The notes under the pieces are model-generated. The model saw only the letters and a list, made by a program, of their open reading frames with translations. It did not search any database and was not told the DNA's origin. The translations under genes were made by a program, and so were the position numbers. This document shows, in pieces, positions 11,740 through 23,234 of a DNA stretch of 23,339 nucleotides. The DNA is from Trichoplax adhaerens (Eukaryota; Animalia; Placozoa), in NCBI RefSeq assembly GCF_000150275.1, contig NW_002060958.1, positions 11,120-34,458 of the forward strand, written 5' to 3'. Every line of letters starts with the position of its first letter. The stretch's first letter is position 1.

Positions 11740-14700
11740 GTAAGTAAAGAGAGTAGACAAGCAATGGACTTAATTGGTACTTATTTAATTTTAGCCAACT
11801 ACTTAGACGATGCCATAGGCCATAAATGACAGTGAAACAATATTGCCTGCTATCGTAGATGGTTATCGTAGCAGATTTTCTCTACCACAATTAATAGGAC
11901 TGTCATTGCTATGAAGTTGACATAAAATGATCTATATATTCACGTTTAAAACCAGAAAATTTTTTCAAATATGAATTCAAATATAGAAAACTGTAGCTTA
12001 GAATTTTGACTGGAATGGCTATGAATCCATCTAAGACAACGACTATTAATCAGCATAGTGATCGTTACGGCTAGTAGACAAAAATACATCTCTATCATGC
12101 CAATGGCATTTTCCAATACTAGAGAATTCACGAGAGTAAAGATTAACATCTCTGAACGTTAAAAATCTCTTAAGAGTTAATATCTTTCTTAAAAATTGGA
12201 TTACAGAATCATCCTATATTTGATACTCTATACATCTTCTTTCTTCTCATATATAACCTTCTAACATTAAAACCACATTTTATATAAGGCCAAATATAAA
12301 TTAACGTATTTATCAATTTTATACATACTTGCTGGATTAGTGGAAAAGTGTTTGTGGTGGTGAAGTAATGTACATAATCATCCATCGATTTGGCACTGAC
12401 GACTTTAACCAGTCCACAAAAGGTTTATTAAATTATATCAAGGAAGTCTTTGGTTTTGACAATGGCAAATTTAATGATCTTTTCCAAACCGCTAAAGAAC
12501 GACCAGTAAGTCGTAGTTTGATTTGCAATGAGTGATAAAAAAATAATCATCTTAAAGCCGTTATTACTTCATGATTGGATATCAAAATTTACTACTTTTG
12601 ATCCTACACTGATTAATTAACAAACAAGATCTGACAACTAGGATCATAGATAGTATGAAATCTTAACTTGTATCTAAGGTGTATAGTTGCAGTTTAATAT
12701 AGGTACTCAAACTAACTCAGCTAAGTAACTACGCTAACCCATTCAATTTTCTTCCTATCTAGCATCCTAAACGTTTGGTTAAAGTAGAAGGTAAGGCTAC
12801 ATTAATTATCCTTAATTCGAGTAAATTCTTTCTCATTCTTTAGTTTTGTTAATGGTAAAGGATCAAATATTAATTGAAAATGTTCTTCAATACATTCTCT
12901 GTTGTCTACTTTAATCAATAGTCTTACAAGCTAGAGACTTGGAAGCTAAAGATGTCAATGGTAAGTAGATAGATTATTTCAGTATTTTACTGTATATTAA
13001 AATATGTTTATCTAACATTTTGCAAATCCTAATTACTTCCAAGGCTATAGCGATCCATTCTGTATGCTTGGAATCGTTAAAAATACTGACGTTGACTTTA
13101 GAAGAGATATCCCAGCGCAAAGAGGTGGAAGTCTAAGAACAAAAAATAAGAAAGAGAAAAAACCCAAAAGATGTAGCAGTTCCAGTAGCAGTTCCATTAA
13201 CAGTTTTAGTAGTAGTGGCTCATTAGCTACAGGTAAAGCGGCCGATCTTTACGATGGAAAGATTGTTATGACATCCATCCAATATGAAACTTTGAATCCC
13301 GTTTGGAATGAAACATTCCAATTGTACGTTTTCCGATTTGCATTTACAAGTATTTCTTGAGCAATATAATGACACTAATTTGGTTGAAATCAAGTTGTAA
13401 TATTAATCTGCTATTGATTGTCTGATTAGAATTTTGCATGTTATTTCTAATAGTGATATAGAAAACGTTCAAAACGATATCCTCCATATTGATATGTGGT
13501 AATATTCTTAATTACTTGACGCCTAAATAATATCCACATCTTGAGATATTAATAAGTATGATCATTTCAGGGATCATGACGACGATGTAACAGTGCTGGA
13601 TGCCGCCAGCAAAGTTATGAAAATCAAAGGTGTCACTGGGATTAGCCGGTAAATTAGAGCATGATCTAATAAATTAAACACGTATATCGAAATTGTAAAG
13701 ATCAAATAATTACTTCAACAGATATTTTAAGCAAGTCTTGCAATCGGCAACTACAGGAAGTGATGAAAGTGTTGATGATTTCCTTGGCTGCATTGATATT
13801 CCTTTATCGGTACGTTTTCTTGCTCTACTTTATAGCAATGTCCAGCGATGGTCGAGCAATTGATGTTGCCACTGAGTAAAATATCACCAAATGAACATTA
13901 TATTTTGTATTTGAAATGCCTAACATACCTACATATTCACTTTCCAGGAGATCTCAGCGATGGGTACAGAAGGTTGGTATGATCTACAAGCTCGATCGAG
14001 CAGATCAAATGTACAAGGGCAGTGCCAGTTAAAAATTCAGTTTTCCACAGCTAAGGTAATAAAATAAATTAATTAGCAATACACTGTCATTGGGTGGCCA
14101 TTATTGAGCAAAGCTCTTCCTAGATCATCTGTTATGAGTTCGACAACATTATTTGTACAATTGATAATGGTCATTCCGTCATAATTTGTACTTTAGGGGA
14201 GCGGATTTCACTTGTATGATCCTAGAGAATTATATGCCGCGGTTAATCAGAAATTTGCCGAATACGAAGCTGAATTATTCTTCGTAAGTGAGATAATAAT
14301 ATGTTCATATAACCATTCATGCACCTACAATCTATTATAATATTTTTAATTAATTTATATTTTTATGCGTTAATTTCTCTTTTAATAGAGCAAAAATAAA
14401 GACAAATCTTGGGATTGTGATCTATCTGTGCAAGCATTGAGTGTTTTATCGCAAATTGCCATGCATTACGATATTTCAATCTGCCAGCAATCAATGTAGT
14501 AAGTTTACACCATTTAAAATTAATTAGCTTCATCATCTTGGATTAGTAATAATCTATGCAAAATACATTTTAATTGATTTACTGATTTTTTGGCATTAAA
14601 TTGAACAAATTAGTGCTATTAGTTGCGTTTGCAAAATCCATAATTACAAGCAGATCGATTATAAAGTCTTGGCGAATGAGTTGAAACAGATTTGTAACCA

Positions 14701-17700
14701 GTCTTTAGAACAATATCCAGACGAAGTAAGCTAATCATTTTAATAACTTTTCATATATAGAGAGAAGTAATGAATAATATTTATATTTGATATATATGCA
14801 GATGCAAGCATTAGCTTTACATTTCTGTAACCTTTATCTAAAGGATTTAACTACTATTTGATATACAATTCGTTTTCAGGTTGAGGACTTTATTTCATGC
14901 CTGGAGGAATTTGTCGAACGTTGTATGACCATGTTTCACTATGTTAGAGGTGTATTTCCATATAAAGATGAGAAAAGTGCCGTAAGATTAAACGATTTAT
15001 TAACGTAAGTGAAAATCATCAAATATTCTGTTTTTTACTATTATCTTATGCTTATTTCATTTACATTCGGCCAAAATCAATTCAATTTTTATTTTATTGC
15101 GAATCAATAGATGTCTAGAATTAATCTATAGTATACCAGAATTTCAGAAGAAACACCAAAACAAAACACTACTGCAAGATATACAAACGGCTTTTAAGGT
15201 ATGCCTTAATCAATACCACAGAATAGATTATACCAGCGATTAGTAAGTAATAGTTAGTTTTTCTTTATGACACCTCATGGTATCGTTTAATCGTTTAAAG
15301 CTGTGGCAACTAATATTAGAATAATATTTTATTTAAAAGCTCAAATTGTGTTATTCCAATTCCATTTTACTATAAGCTTTGTTATTTGCTTTAAATATAT
15401 AACTATTACTTGTGTACTAAATCATTTAGAAAGCCACAGAAAAATGGTACGCGAATCAATGCAGTTTACTAACGCCAAAAACAGAGGTGATATACTCATT
15501 TTAGCTAGTATAGCTTAGATTGAATTTGTCTATTTGATCGATATCTCATACAAGGATTGACTATATTCATGACCAGCCGTCATATAGGAAATAATCTCAA
15601 TACTTACTAGCTATAAAATTTCACCAAAACGAAATAACATCGTTACGAATTTCATTCTTTATTTCAATAACGTCTATAATAGAGTAATTTGTCCTTTTTC
15701 TTTCGTACAGTCCATAAAATCGGAATTACAGACTTTTAATGAACTTGCTGAAAAGATCTTTACAGATTTGCATGCTGCAAGAAACTATTATAATAACTTA
15801 TTTACTAGGTACGGCATCCTATCCATTAGATTAGAGATTAACATTATAATTGATAAGATTTAACAATCACGATTTGATTTTTAATGTATAAAATTATGCT
15901 GTAGAATTGGCGAAGATTATTTTACAACTGTATTCTTTACAATTGACCATTTGGTAAGAAAAACTAATTTATAAAATTTCGGCTAATCCTCATTTTTTAA
16001 AAATATTTACAATTTTAAGTATATTTTTGATATGGATTTATTAACTGGATGCAGGTTGCGCGCGATATGAAGAAAATAATGGAAGCGTTCAATGATTCAT
16101 CCCTAGAATGCTCTGAGAAAGTAGATAAATTAACCTTTCAAGTTTATTTCACGCTGAAAGAGCTAACGAAATATCGAATGCAATTAGAGCCTGAAAATCA
16201 ATCAGCAAGATTAAATTTAGATTCACTACACAAGTGGTTTTCACCACTAGTCAAAATGTGGTTTGACTGGACCCATGAAAATTCTGTCAGTCTAATTAAG
16301 AAGGCAGTAGAAATTGAAGAGGTAACATAAAGATTATGTATGTGTGATAGTTGAAATTATTATTTGACAAATTATACAGGCAGCTATGATAGCTGATCTA
16401 TTTTATTCAACTTAAACCTTAAAAACAGTTTATTTTCTATGGTTCATATGCTTTAAATAGGTTGAAGTCATTGATTCTTATGTCAAATATTCTACATCTG
16501 CTGTGGATGCAAGCTGCTGCTTTCAGCAAACATGCGATTTCTGGAAGGAATTAGATTGGCCTGATGCCGATGACGGTTTTGCTCTCTTAGCTAAGTTAGT
16601 CGATGTAAGTCCAATATATCAAGTAATGCCCGTAGTTATACGTACAAGCCATGATATCGAAGTATATGCATCAATGCCTCAAATTTCTGTCCTATATTTG
16701 TAATCTATATCAGTTTCTTGGTAGCAAAGATAAGTAAGAAAATTAAGTGGGTGTTATCGATATCGAAGACGCAGATTTAGCAATATTGCACGAGCTATTA
16801 TATTTCCAAAAATGAATTTCCAAACTTAAGCAGTTTAACATTACGATATTTTTTGCTCTTAATACTGTCAGGATATTTGCACTGCTGGTACATGCTACGT
16901 AGATCTTATTTACGATCGACTTGAACGAGTTCATTTCTATGATGACGAAGGCCAGTTTGACATAACTGAACAGGTTAGAATGTCAATTTTATAAGATTAC
17001 TCAATTACGAAGAGCTATAGACACTCGTAAACTTAAACTTTTTTCTTAATTTTTCTTGATCCCTTTAGCTATGCGTTACTTTAAATAATCTTGATCATGT
17101 ACGACGTACTCTTGAATCTTTACCTGAACGATTAAATTTTGAGAAAGTTACTTCTGGATTATCGCATCATGGAAACGTCCACGCAGAGAACTGTCGAGCT
17201 CAATTGTTAAAGATCATCGAAAGTGGCGATGAAAACTTTAACGTTAAAACGTCATCTCTTATTAATAATATTTGTAAAAAGGTAACCTGATCTGATGAAT
17301 TGCTAATACATGGATCATACGGACTTATTAGTAAGTATATGGAATTATTAAATCAGTAACATTCTCAATATTTGATATGTAGATGGGTGTCGGCATCAAT
17401 CAATTTATACAACAGTTCTCCAAAGTACCTGAAAATGTTGATATTTACCAGGTTAGTTTTGAATGTAAACTTTCTCTTTCGATAATTATAGCAAAGTTAG
17501 AAATTTACTTTTAGAAAGAGTTAAATAACAATAAAAACTACACACTTCTTGCTAGCTTACTTTATCAGTATTTGTTGTTCGGTTTCAACATTTTGTAAAT
17601 TTTCTATCCGCAGGCAATTAATCCATTATTGCAGTATCTGGATAATAATTTGATTAAACTCAATGAATGTTTATTTGGCGGTGTATTTGACAAGTAAGCA

Positions 17701-19408
17701 TACTATATTAGTAGTATAACTCGGTAAATGAAATTATTCAACGATCTGTTACTCATTTTGCTGATTTATCGAATTTAGGATTGTGGTTAGGATATTAAAT
17801 GTTGTCATGGAGAATTTTTGGAGTTTAGTCAGCGCTAAATCTACGGTATTACTTAGAGAACTTCTAGCATAGATATAAATTTAATCCATAAATTTGTACC
17901 CACAAATATTCTTTCTATTGCATTGGTTTGATATTGTGTTTCTTAATTAATTACCCTAATATACGGATAGAAACCAGCCAAGTACTACGAAAGACTATGG
18001 GACTGCTTGGAAGTAAGCAAATAATAGCGTATTATCCTAGTACTTTTATATTAGTAATATTGTTTAATTTTTAATATCGCCAAGCAGGTTTTAATTTTTT
18101 GATTTAACATTGTTACGTTGCATTTTAGATTCTGTTGGAATTCTTCGTAGCTGATGGAAACGGTGTGAAAATGAGTGTTATCTTAAATGATGGCTTTTAT
18201 TCAGTAAGTTGCTGTGCGGAATAAAATGCTACCATTTCTTTGACTACAGCTAACGATGTGACTGTACTTTTAGTAAAATTCTCACATTTTTTAACCGTTT
18301 AGATGTCAGTTAGTTATTTAACTAAAGCCAAATTAGACACTGGAACATTAATTGGCCTATATTTTAAGGATAAATTAGAATATCAGGTATGTTCTCGTTA
18401 ATAGTTGTGATAGTATCTATTTTTGGAAACCAAAATTATTTCAATAAAATATGGTACTCTTCTACAAACCCTTGCGTTATTTTCCTTACGGGGCCCTATT
18501 GATATTTTTCAAGGCTAAGAAGAAAGAATTTTATGGCTCACTGACATTTAAAGTTTTTTATTCTTCAACTGCTCAGAGTTTATTCGTTAATGGTTAGTCT
18601 CTTAAAACATAGAAACTTCAGAAGCGTAGGAAATAAGTTCTACTGCATACGTATTTACGTTACTGAACGTAATTTTTTAACCAAAGTATTTTTTTGCACT
18701 ATAGTAATAAATGCCAAAAATTTGCCAGTTTTAGACTCCAATGGTAAGTAGAATCAATTCCAAAATAAATATGTAACGTAAGTGCTTCTACCGAAAGTTC
18801 ATCAATATTGACTATCTTTCAATTTTTACGTTTACGATTGCTAGGAAAAGCTGATCCGTACGTTACCGTTGAATTATGTCCAAGCCATATCTTTAAATGC
18901 GCTGAGAAATCTACTAAAATTGTTAAGAAAACGTTGGATCCTTATTTTGGAGAAACTTTTACCTTGTTAGTATTTTTATTTATTTAACAAATTGACGAAA
19001 AGTTAGATCATAGCATGGCTTTATCATATTATACTCAGTTTAGAAGGAAGGTACTAACTAGCCATCCCTATATTTTTAAACCACAGCAATATTAGCGATA
19101 AACTTTGTTCATCAACAAATGGAGCTGTGGTTTTATTTACAGTCATGGATTATAATATATTAAGAAAGAACGATTACGCAGGTGAATGCGCTGTATCTCT
19201 CAATAATGTACCAGGTCTAAGCTGGGATGAAAATGTACCTGGCATGGGTGCTGATTTACCAGAAATTGAAGTAAATTTAACTCACCCTGATACTTCTGGC
19301 GAAATATTTGCAATCTTAAATAGCCGTACATCTTGTGACAAAGAAGCGATGACTTTTGTTAAGAAACGCATAAGCATGTATGAAGCCGCTCAAGATTCTC
19401 TGTCTTAA
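11641..19408 (+). CDS. BAIAP3: BAIAP3/Munc13-4 (UNC13D) family vesicle tethering/priming protein, C2A-MUN-C2B; 31 exons, 5'-incomplete
   Basis: Manual splicing of 31 AG/GT-bounded exons with consistent phases gives 3360 nt without an internal stop. C2A motifs: [85 protein letters not shown] motifs: [48 protein letters not shown]2B motifs: [41 protein letters not shown]. Family assignment is from recalled motifs; BAIAP3 versus UNC13D orthology needs a tree. Confidence 0.93.
12341..12505 (+). CDS. BAIAP3-like exon (pre-C2A helices)
   Basis: [28 protein letters not shown]; donor GTAAGT; 5' boundary less certain. Confidence 0.8.
12763..12790 (+). CDS. BAIAP3-like micro-exon (C2A start)
   Basis: HPKRLVKVE; 28 nt, phase 0 to 1. 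Confidence 0.85.
12922..12960 (+). CDS. BAIAP3-like micro-exon (C2A)
   Basis: [14 protein letters not shown]; 39 nt, phase 1 to 1. Confidence 0.92.
13044..13323 (+). CDS. BAIAP3-like exon (C2A with basic/Ser-rich insert)
   Basis: [21 protein letters not shown]; overlaps ORF 13064-13360. Confidence 0.93.
13454..13498 (+). CDS. BAIAP3-like exon (C2A)
   Basis: [15 protein letters not shown]. Confidence 0.9.
13571..13648 (+). CDS. BAIAP3-like exon (C2A)
   Basis: [26 protein letters not shown]. Confidence 0.92.
13722..13809 (+). CDS. BAIAP3-like exon (C2A)
   Basis: [22 protein letters not shown]. Confidence 0.92.
13948..14055 (+). CDS. BAIAP3-like exon (C2A end)
   Basis: [36 protein letters not shown]. 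Confidence 0.92.
14197..14283 (+). CDS. BAIAP3-like exon
   Basis: [21 protein letters not shown]; phase 0 to 0. Confidence 0.85.
14389..14498 (+). CDS. BAIAP3-like exon
   Basis: [24 protein letters not shown]. Confidence 0.87.
14614..14725 (+). CDS. BAIAP3-like exon
   Basis: [23 protein letters not shown]. Confidence 0.83.
14880..15004 (+). CDS. BAIAP3-like exon
   Basis: [26 protein letters not shown]. Confidence 0.88.
15111..15198 (+). CDS. BAIAP3-like exon
   Basis: [18 protein letters not shown]. Confidence 0.87.
15430..15486 (+). CDS. BAIAP3-like exon
   Basis: [19 protein letters not shown]. Confidence 0.85.
15711..15808 (+). CDS. BAIAP3-like exon (MUN)
   Basis: [22 protein letters not shown]. 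Confidence 0.88.
15905..15953 (+). CDS. BAIAP3-like exon (MUN)
   Basis: [16 protein letters not shown]. Confidence 0.86.
16055..16321 (+). CDS. BAIAP3-like exon (MHD1)
   Basis: [32 protein letters not shown]; ORF 16049-16330. Confidence 0.93.
16461..16604 (+). CDS. BAIAP3-like exon (MHD1)
   Basis: [27 protein letters not shown]. Confidence 0.93.
16872..16973 (+). CDS. BAIAP3-like exon (MUN)
   Basis: [24 protein letters not shown]. Confidence 0.92.
17069..17281 (+). CDS. BAIAP3-like exon (MUN)
   Basis: [23 protein letters not shown]. Confidence 0.92.
17383..17451 (+). CDS. BAIAP3-like exon (MUN)
   Basis: [23 protein letters not shown]. Confidence 0.87.
17614..17693 (+). CDS. BAIAP3-like exon (MHD2)
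   Basis: [20 protein letters not shown]. Confidence 0.92.
17779..17845 (+). CDS. BAIAP3-like exon (MHD2)
   Basis: [22 protein letters not shown]. Confidence 0.83.
17971..18012 (+). CDS. BAIAP3-like exon (MHD2)
   Basis: [14 protein letters not shown]. Confidence 0.88.
18129..18203 (+). CDS. BAIAP3-like exon (MHD2)
   Basis: [13 protein letters not shown]. Confidence 0.9.
18303..18386 (+). CDS. BAIAP3-like exon (MHD2 end)
   Basis: [18 protein letters not shown]. Confidence 0.88.
18514..18592 (+). CDS. BAIAP3-like exon (C2B start)
   Basis: [16 protein letters not shown]; phase 0 to 1. Confidence 0.87.
18705..18743 (+). CDS. BAIAP3-like micro-exon (C2B)
   Basis: [14 protein letters not shown]; 39 nt, phase 1 to 1. 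Confidence 0.92.
18845..18965 (+). CDS. BAIAP3-like exon (C2B)
   Basis: [33 protein letters not shown]. Confidence 0.93.
19087..19408 (+). CDS. BAIAP3-like terminal coding exon (C2B end)
   Basis: [33 protein letters not shown]..stop TAA; ORF 19127-19408. Confidence 0.93.
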
Positions 19409-20067
19409 ATTTATTGGTATTTATCGATTTATTCGCACAGATTAATCTAATAGTGTAGTCAAGATTCATCCATGGTAATGTGTGCAACTGTGCATTCATG
19501 TTCGTATATTGTTATTATAATTATATATTATTGATTTATTTGTGTTCTGTCTTGTGGTACATAATTAGAGGATTTGCTATAACACTGTTTTACAATAGTA
19601 TCTGTTCAAGATGGCATATAAGCAACCATTTTTGAAGTTAAATTACTTTCAGGAGAGCTATTATTTTATAATGTTTTGACAGGCTTAACTGGACAATTTG
19701 TGGTAATTCATAGAGCTGTTAAATATTGACATGAATAAGTCGGTCGTGATTGTCTTTTATCCGATATGATTAAATTCCGCGTAAAATAGAAATGTAGAAG
19801 GTAATACTCACGATTTATTTGAGATTCAAGTAAATACATCATAGTATAACTGCTACCTGATAATGTGTATTTACTGTTACTTATTAGGAAATGTGGGAAG
19901 TATTTTAGTTGCTCACGATAGTAACATATTAGCTGACTTCTAAGTAATCGTAGTAGTTCTCTATATGTGCTGCAAGCTATTAGATTGCCAGTTAGCTAAC
20001 GTACTATTATCTTTCAGTACTACTACATGATATGACTATTTAGACCATTGCTTTTCCCAATTCCATT

Positions 20068-20073
20068 AATAAA
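20068..20073 (+). terminator. Candidate polyadenylation signal AATAAA for the BAIAP3-like gene
   Basis: First AATAAA I find after the stop (660 nt downstream); weak evidence in AT-rich DNA. Confidence 0.25.
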
Positions 20074-21977
20074 AGTTACAGAAGTTAGTGTGTATGAGCC
20101 TAGAGAATTTTATAGCTATTGAAGAAATCTTGTATTTCTGGGTATTAGCGCTTCTAGCTTGTATAATTCGTGAATATCGTGATTGAAAATAGCTATGCTT
20201 TTAGCTACAAAATAAATTGCTGACTAAAAAATTCAACCTCATGCTTTAAACAATGATGTAGCGTAAATTATACTAGATAAAATAAACTATATAAATTAAT
20301 CTACTGTTACGAATACATGGTACATGTGTTACACTCGATATACACAGCTAATTCGATGAACTCCTTAGATTTTCTAGTCTATATTGACTTTAAAGAAGCC
20401 TCATGGATAATTTGAAGATTCTCTGCCGCACATGATCATTGAAAATCAGTCTTCGCTTATTGTATGACTATCTACATGAAAAGCAAGTATTGGTTATCAA
20501 CTCGGATACTGCACTCTGAATATTTTATCTTCTCCGTTAGCTAGTTTGCCAGATATTAGTAGATTTTGTTATTGCTTGCTAAAATTTACAAAATTAGCTC
20601 GAGTAGGATAATTTCGTGCAATCTTAGAACATTTATGTCTGACTGAGGTAGTAGTAACCTCCAAATGAACAATGAGCGAATAACTAATCTTGAATTTCTT
20701 TAAAAGAAATTCACTTTATTAAACGATTGGATGGAAATTGATTAGATGAATAAACAATTAATTTAAAGTATACAAAATACTAATAATTAAGGTACTACGT
20801 TTGACTAAATCAAGGTATCTAATATAATATTTGCTGGCTGGTATTTCTATTACAACTAGTAGTCATTTTTTTACAAGACTAGAAAAACTGGCTAGAAAGC
20901 ACCAATTTGTTGTCAAAATTCTAAACGACTAAAATCGAAGTTTATGCCTAGATAATGGCATAAATATATAGTAGACTATCAGAAGCACAGCCATAGTTCT
21001 AATATTCCTATACGAATATTGAATTTAAAGTTGAATTAGATTGCCTTTGCCTATTTTTGCATTATGAGGTAATCATCTGATTTGAATTGCATCTGCTCTA
21101 TTAAAGGGATCTTTAGGGCTACCGAATTCCAATCGTTACTAAGCGACAGTATCTATAACTTCTACATAGCTAGATATTGCCATGATCAAATAAGCGGAGT
21201 AAAAGAATTTCTAGTTGATCTCTTTCAATCTATCAACTCTATCAAGAAAAGTATTTAAAAAAGTATTTAGAAACTAAAAGGGCGGTAATTATATTATCCG
21301 TATACGGGACAACCTATGTAAATAATATTATGTAATTTTCCGCATTATTATTGACCAATCTTTGCAACATGCTTAATATTTATTATTTTTTTTATACAAT
21401 ATCAAACAATATGCAATTAAATGTTCATAAGATGAATTTATAATTATACAGTTAATAAAGCAGGTTAGATAGCCTTGGGAGTAATTCGATAAATAGCTTT
21501 TAATGTAGTGCTTTCAGTCTATCAATTCAATCATGGAAACTGCTGGTGCTGCGTTTAAAAGCTATATAGAGGCTCTAGTTATTTGTATAGAAATACTGAT
21601 AGGATCAAATTTATAGATTTCTTCATATTAACAGGTCTATGAGTAATAGCAAGTAAAATTTTTAATTAAAAATTCATCTTAGTTTGATCGTTATATAGAT
21701 ATCCACCCTTTTAAATCCTTATAGGAAGCAGATCTTTCTTTAGGTATGGATTACGGTAGGCGATAGCATTGACCAGTTCCTTTTTGTTGGCCGGCTGCAG
21801 TAATGAAAGTAAAAGATGTAAATGCTTTTAGTTATTCGTTCAATGATGAACTAGAGTTAGAGTGAAAGAATCACTTTTAAACACTACACAAAGTTAGCGT
21901 TTTGATTGACAACAATCGTATATCCTATGTAGTCGTTGTAACTCTTAATAATACTATTCGTTAAATACGATGATGAA

Positions 21978-22098
21978 TTGATATATACGCGTACAGTATA
22001 TACAAAATTTCGTTAACTGGTCGTTTTTATTGATATATATATGTACATACGTACAGTAGTGTCAGTATATAAAATTTCGTTAAGTGGTCGTTTTTATT
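21978..22098. repeat. Tandem duplication with a 28-nt conserved core
   Basis: aaaatttcgttaactggtcgtttttatt (22004-22031) vs aaaatttcgttaagtggtcgtttttatt (22071-22098), 27/28 identical; both preceded by ttgatatata..cgtacagta. Confidence 0.88.
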
Positions 22099-23105
22099 TC
22101 ATCAAGTGGAACGAGGAGAGAAATTTCATACCTGTAAATAGGACTGTAACTTTAGGATTACATTCATAAATTCCATTTGTGACATCGTTTAATAGCCTCA
22201 ATACTACTACGTTAGATTCGTAGATTAACAATTTTACGGTCTTAGATCGACTTAAATTCTATAACGGTATTGTAATAACCACACTAACTAATTGGACACA
22301 GTCTATAAGCTATCAGTCTCAGCTCTAGTACTTCGTAAAGGAGCGAATACCTTACTTCACCGTTTCGTCATCAGCCACAGCCCACTAACATACTTTATTC
22401 CATGTAAACTAACACACATCGCGGCCGAAATTGCAATCTTACGGTACAGCATTAACGTGTCTTATTTAGCTGTTATAGTCATTATTAGTACTTTCGTTTA
22501 GATATGGCGATAAATTTATATAGAGAGATACAAAATTTCGGTGATTAGCTGTTTTTAGTGTACCTTATGAATCAAGAAGGCTTTATTTTAGTCGTATAGG
22601 CGGATAACTTAAGGATTTCATTTGCAACCTTGCGATCATTAATACACATGACTATAAATTCTGAATTGAATTTTAATTTATTCTTTTATGCTTGCATCAT
22701 AATGGAAATTAAATCGTAATTATTTCTATCTATACTGTTATTTTATAAACATGTTGGGGGTAATTCTATCATCTAAAATTAGCAATAACGCCCTGTTAGT
22801 GATGAAGGAGCGGTATGTAACCTCGACAAAGCTTTTCGCCAAATGCTATTATTTATCATTTCATCTCTTTTGCTTATCTTATATAGCACCTATAATCAGC
22901 TATTTTCGTGGTCATCCAATAGTAAATTTCAACACTGTTTAAGATCAAGTCGATTACTAATTCAATAATAAAGCTATTTTAATGCTAATCCGAGTTGCCA
23001 CCATGGCGACGTGGGTGTTACAGCACATCGGTGGCATAATTAACTTGTTATTGATGAGGTCAACCCTGTAGATGCTTTGCAATCTTAGCTTTCTAATAAT
23101 TATAA

Positions 23106-23234
23106 TCAGCCAGTATTAAGGTTTACTCTTCTTGGTCTTTTGCCTCGAGTGATAGGTGAAGAATAATCAACGTTTCCACTACCAAATTCATCATGTACCG
23201 AACGGCGTTGGCCTCGACTCATACTCGAAGACAG
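23106..23234 (-). CDS. Possible last coding exon of a convergent gene extending beyond the window
   Basis: Minus-strand acceptor tatttatttaccAG, then an open GC-richer frame LSSSMSRGQRRSVHDEFGSGNVDYSSPITRGKRPRRVNLNTG*; no recognisable domain. Confidence 0.35.
   Translation of the reverse strand: MSSSMSRGQRRSVHDEFGSGNVDYSSPITRGKRPRRVNLNTG

Noticed and set aside
12207-12290. Alternative acceptor ttacAG at 12206
   Set aside because: Phase-0 reading hits a stop before the conserved region
15303-15518. 71-aa plus-strand ORF
   Set aside because: Mostly intronic; the real exon 15430-15486 is read in another frame
16743-16934. 63-aa minus-strand ORF (also ORFs at 11946-12149 and 10936-11136)
   Set aside because: Short antisense ORFs over intron/exon sequence with no recognisable motif
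20941-20964. 8-bp inverted repeat tttatgcc/ggcataaa (and the 6-bp one near 10203-10219)
   Set aside because: Within chance expectation for 23 kb of AT-rich DNA
22292-22942. Two short plus-strand ORFs (69 and 63 aa)
   Set aside because: No family motifs or convincing splice context; length expected by chance
22997-23071. Perfect Kozak GCCACCATGG opening a 22-aa ORF
   Set aside because: Very short ORF with no promoter or splice support; probably chance
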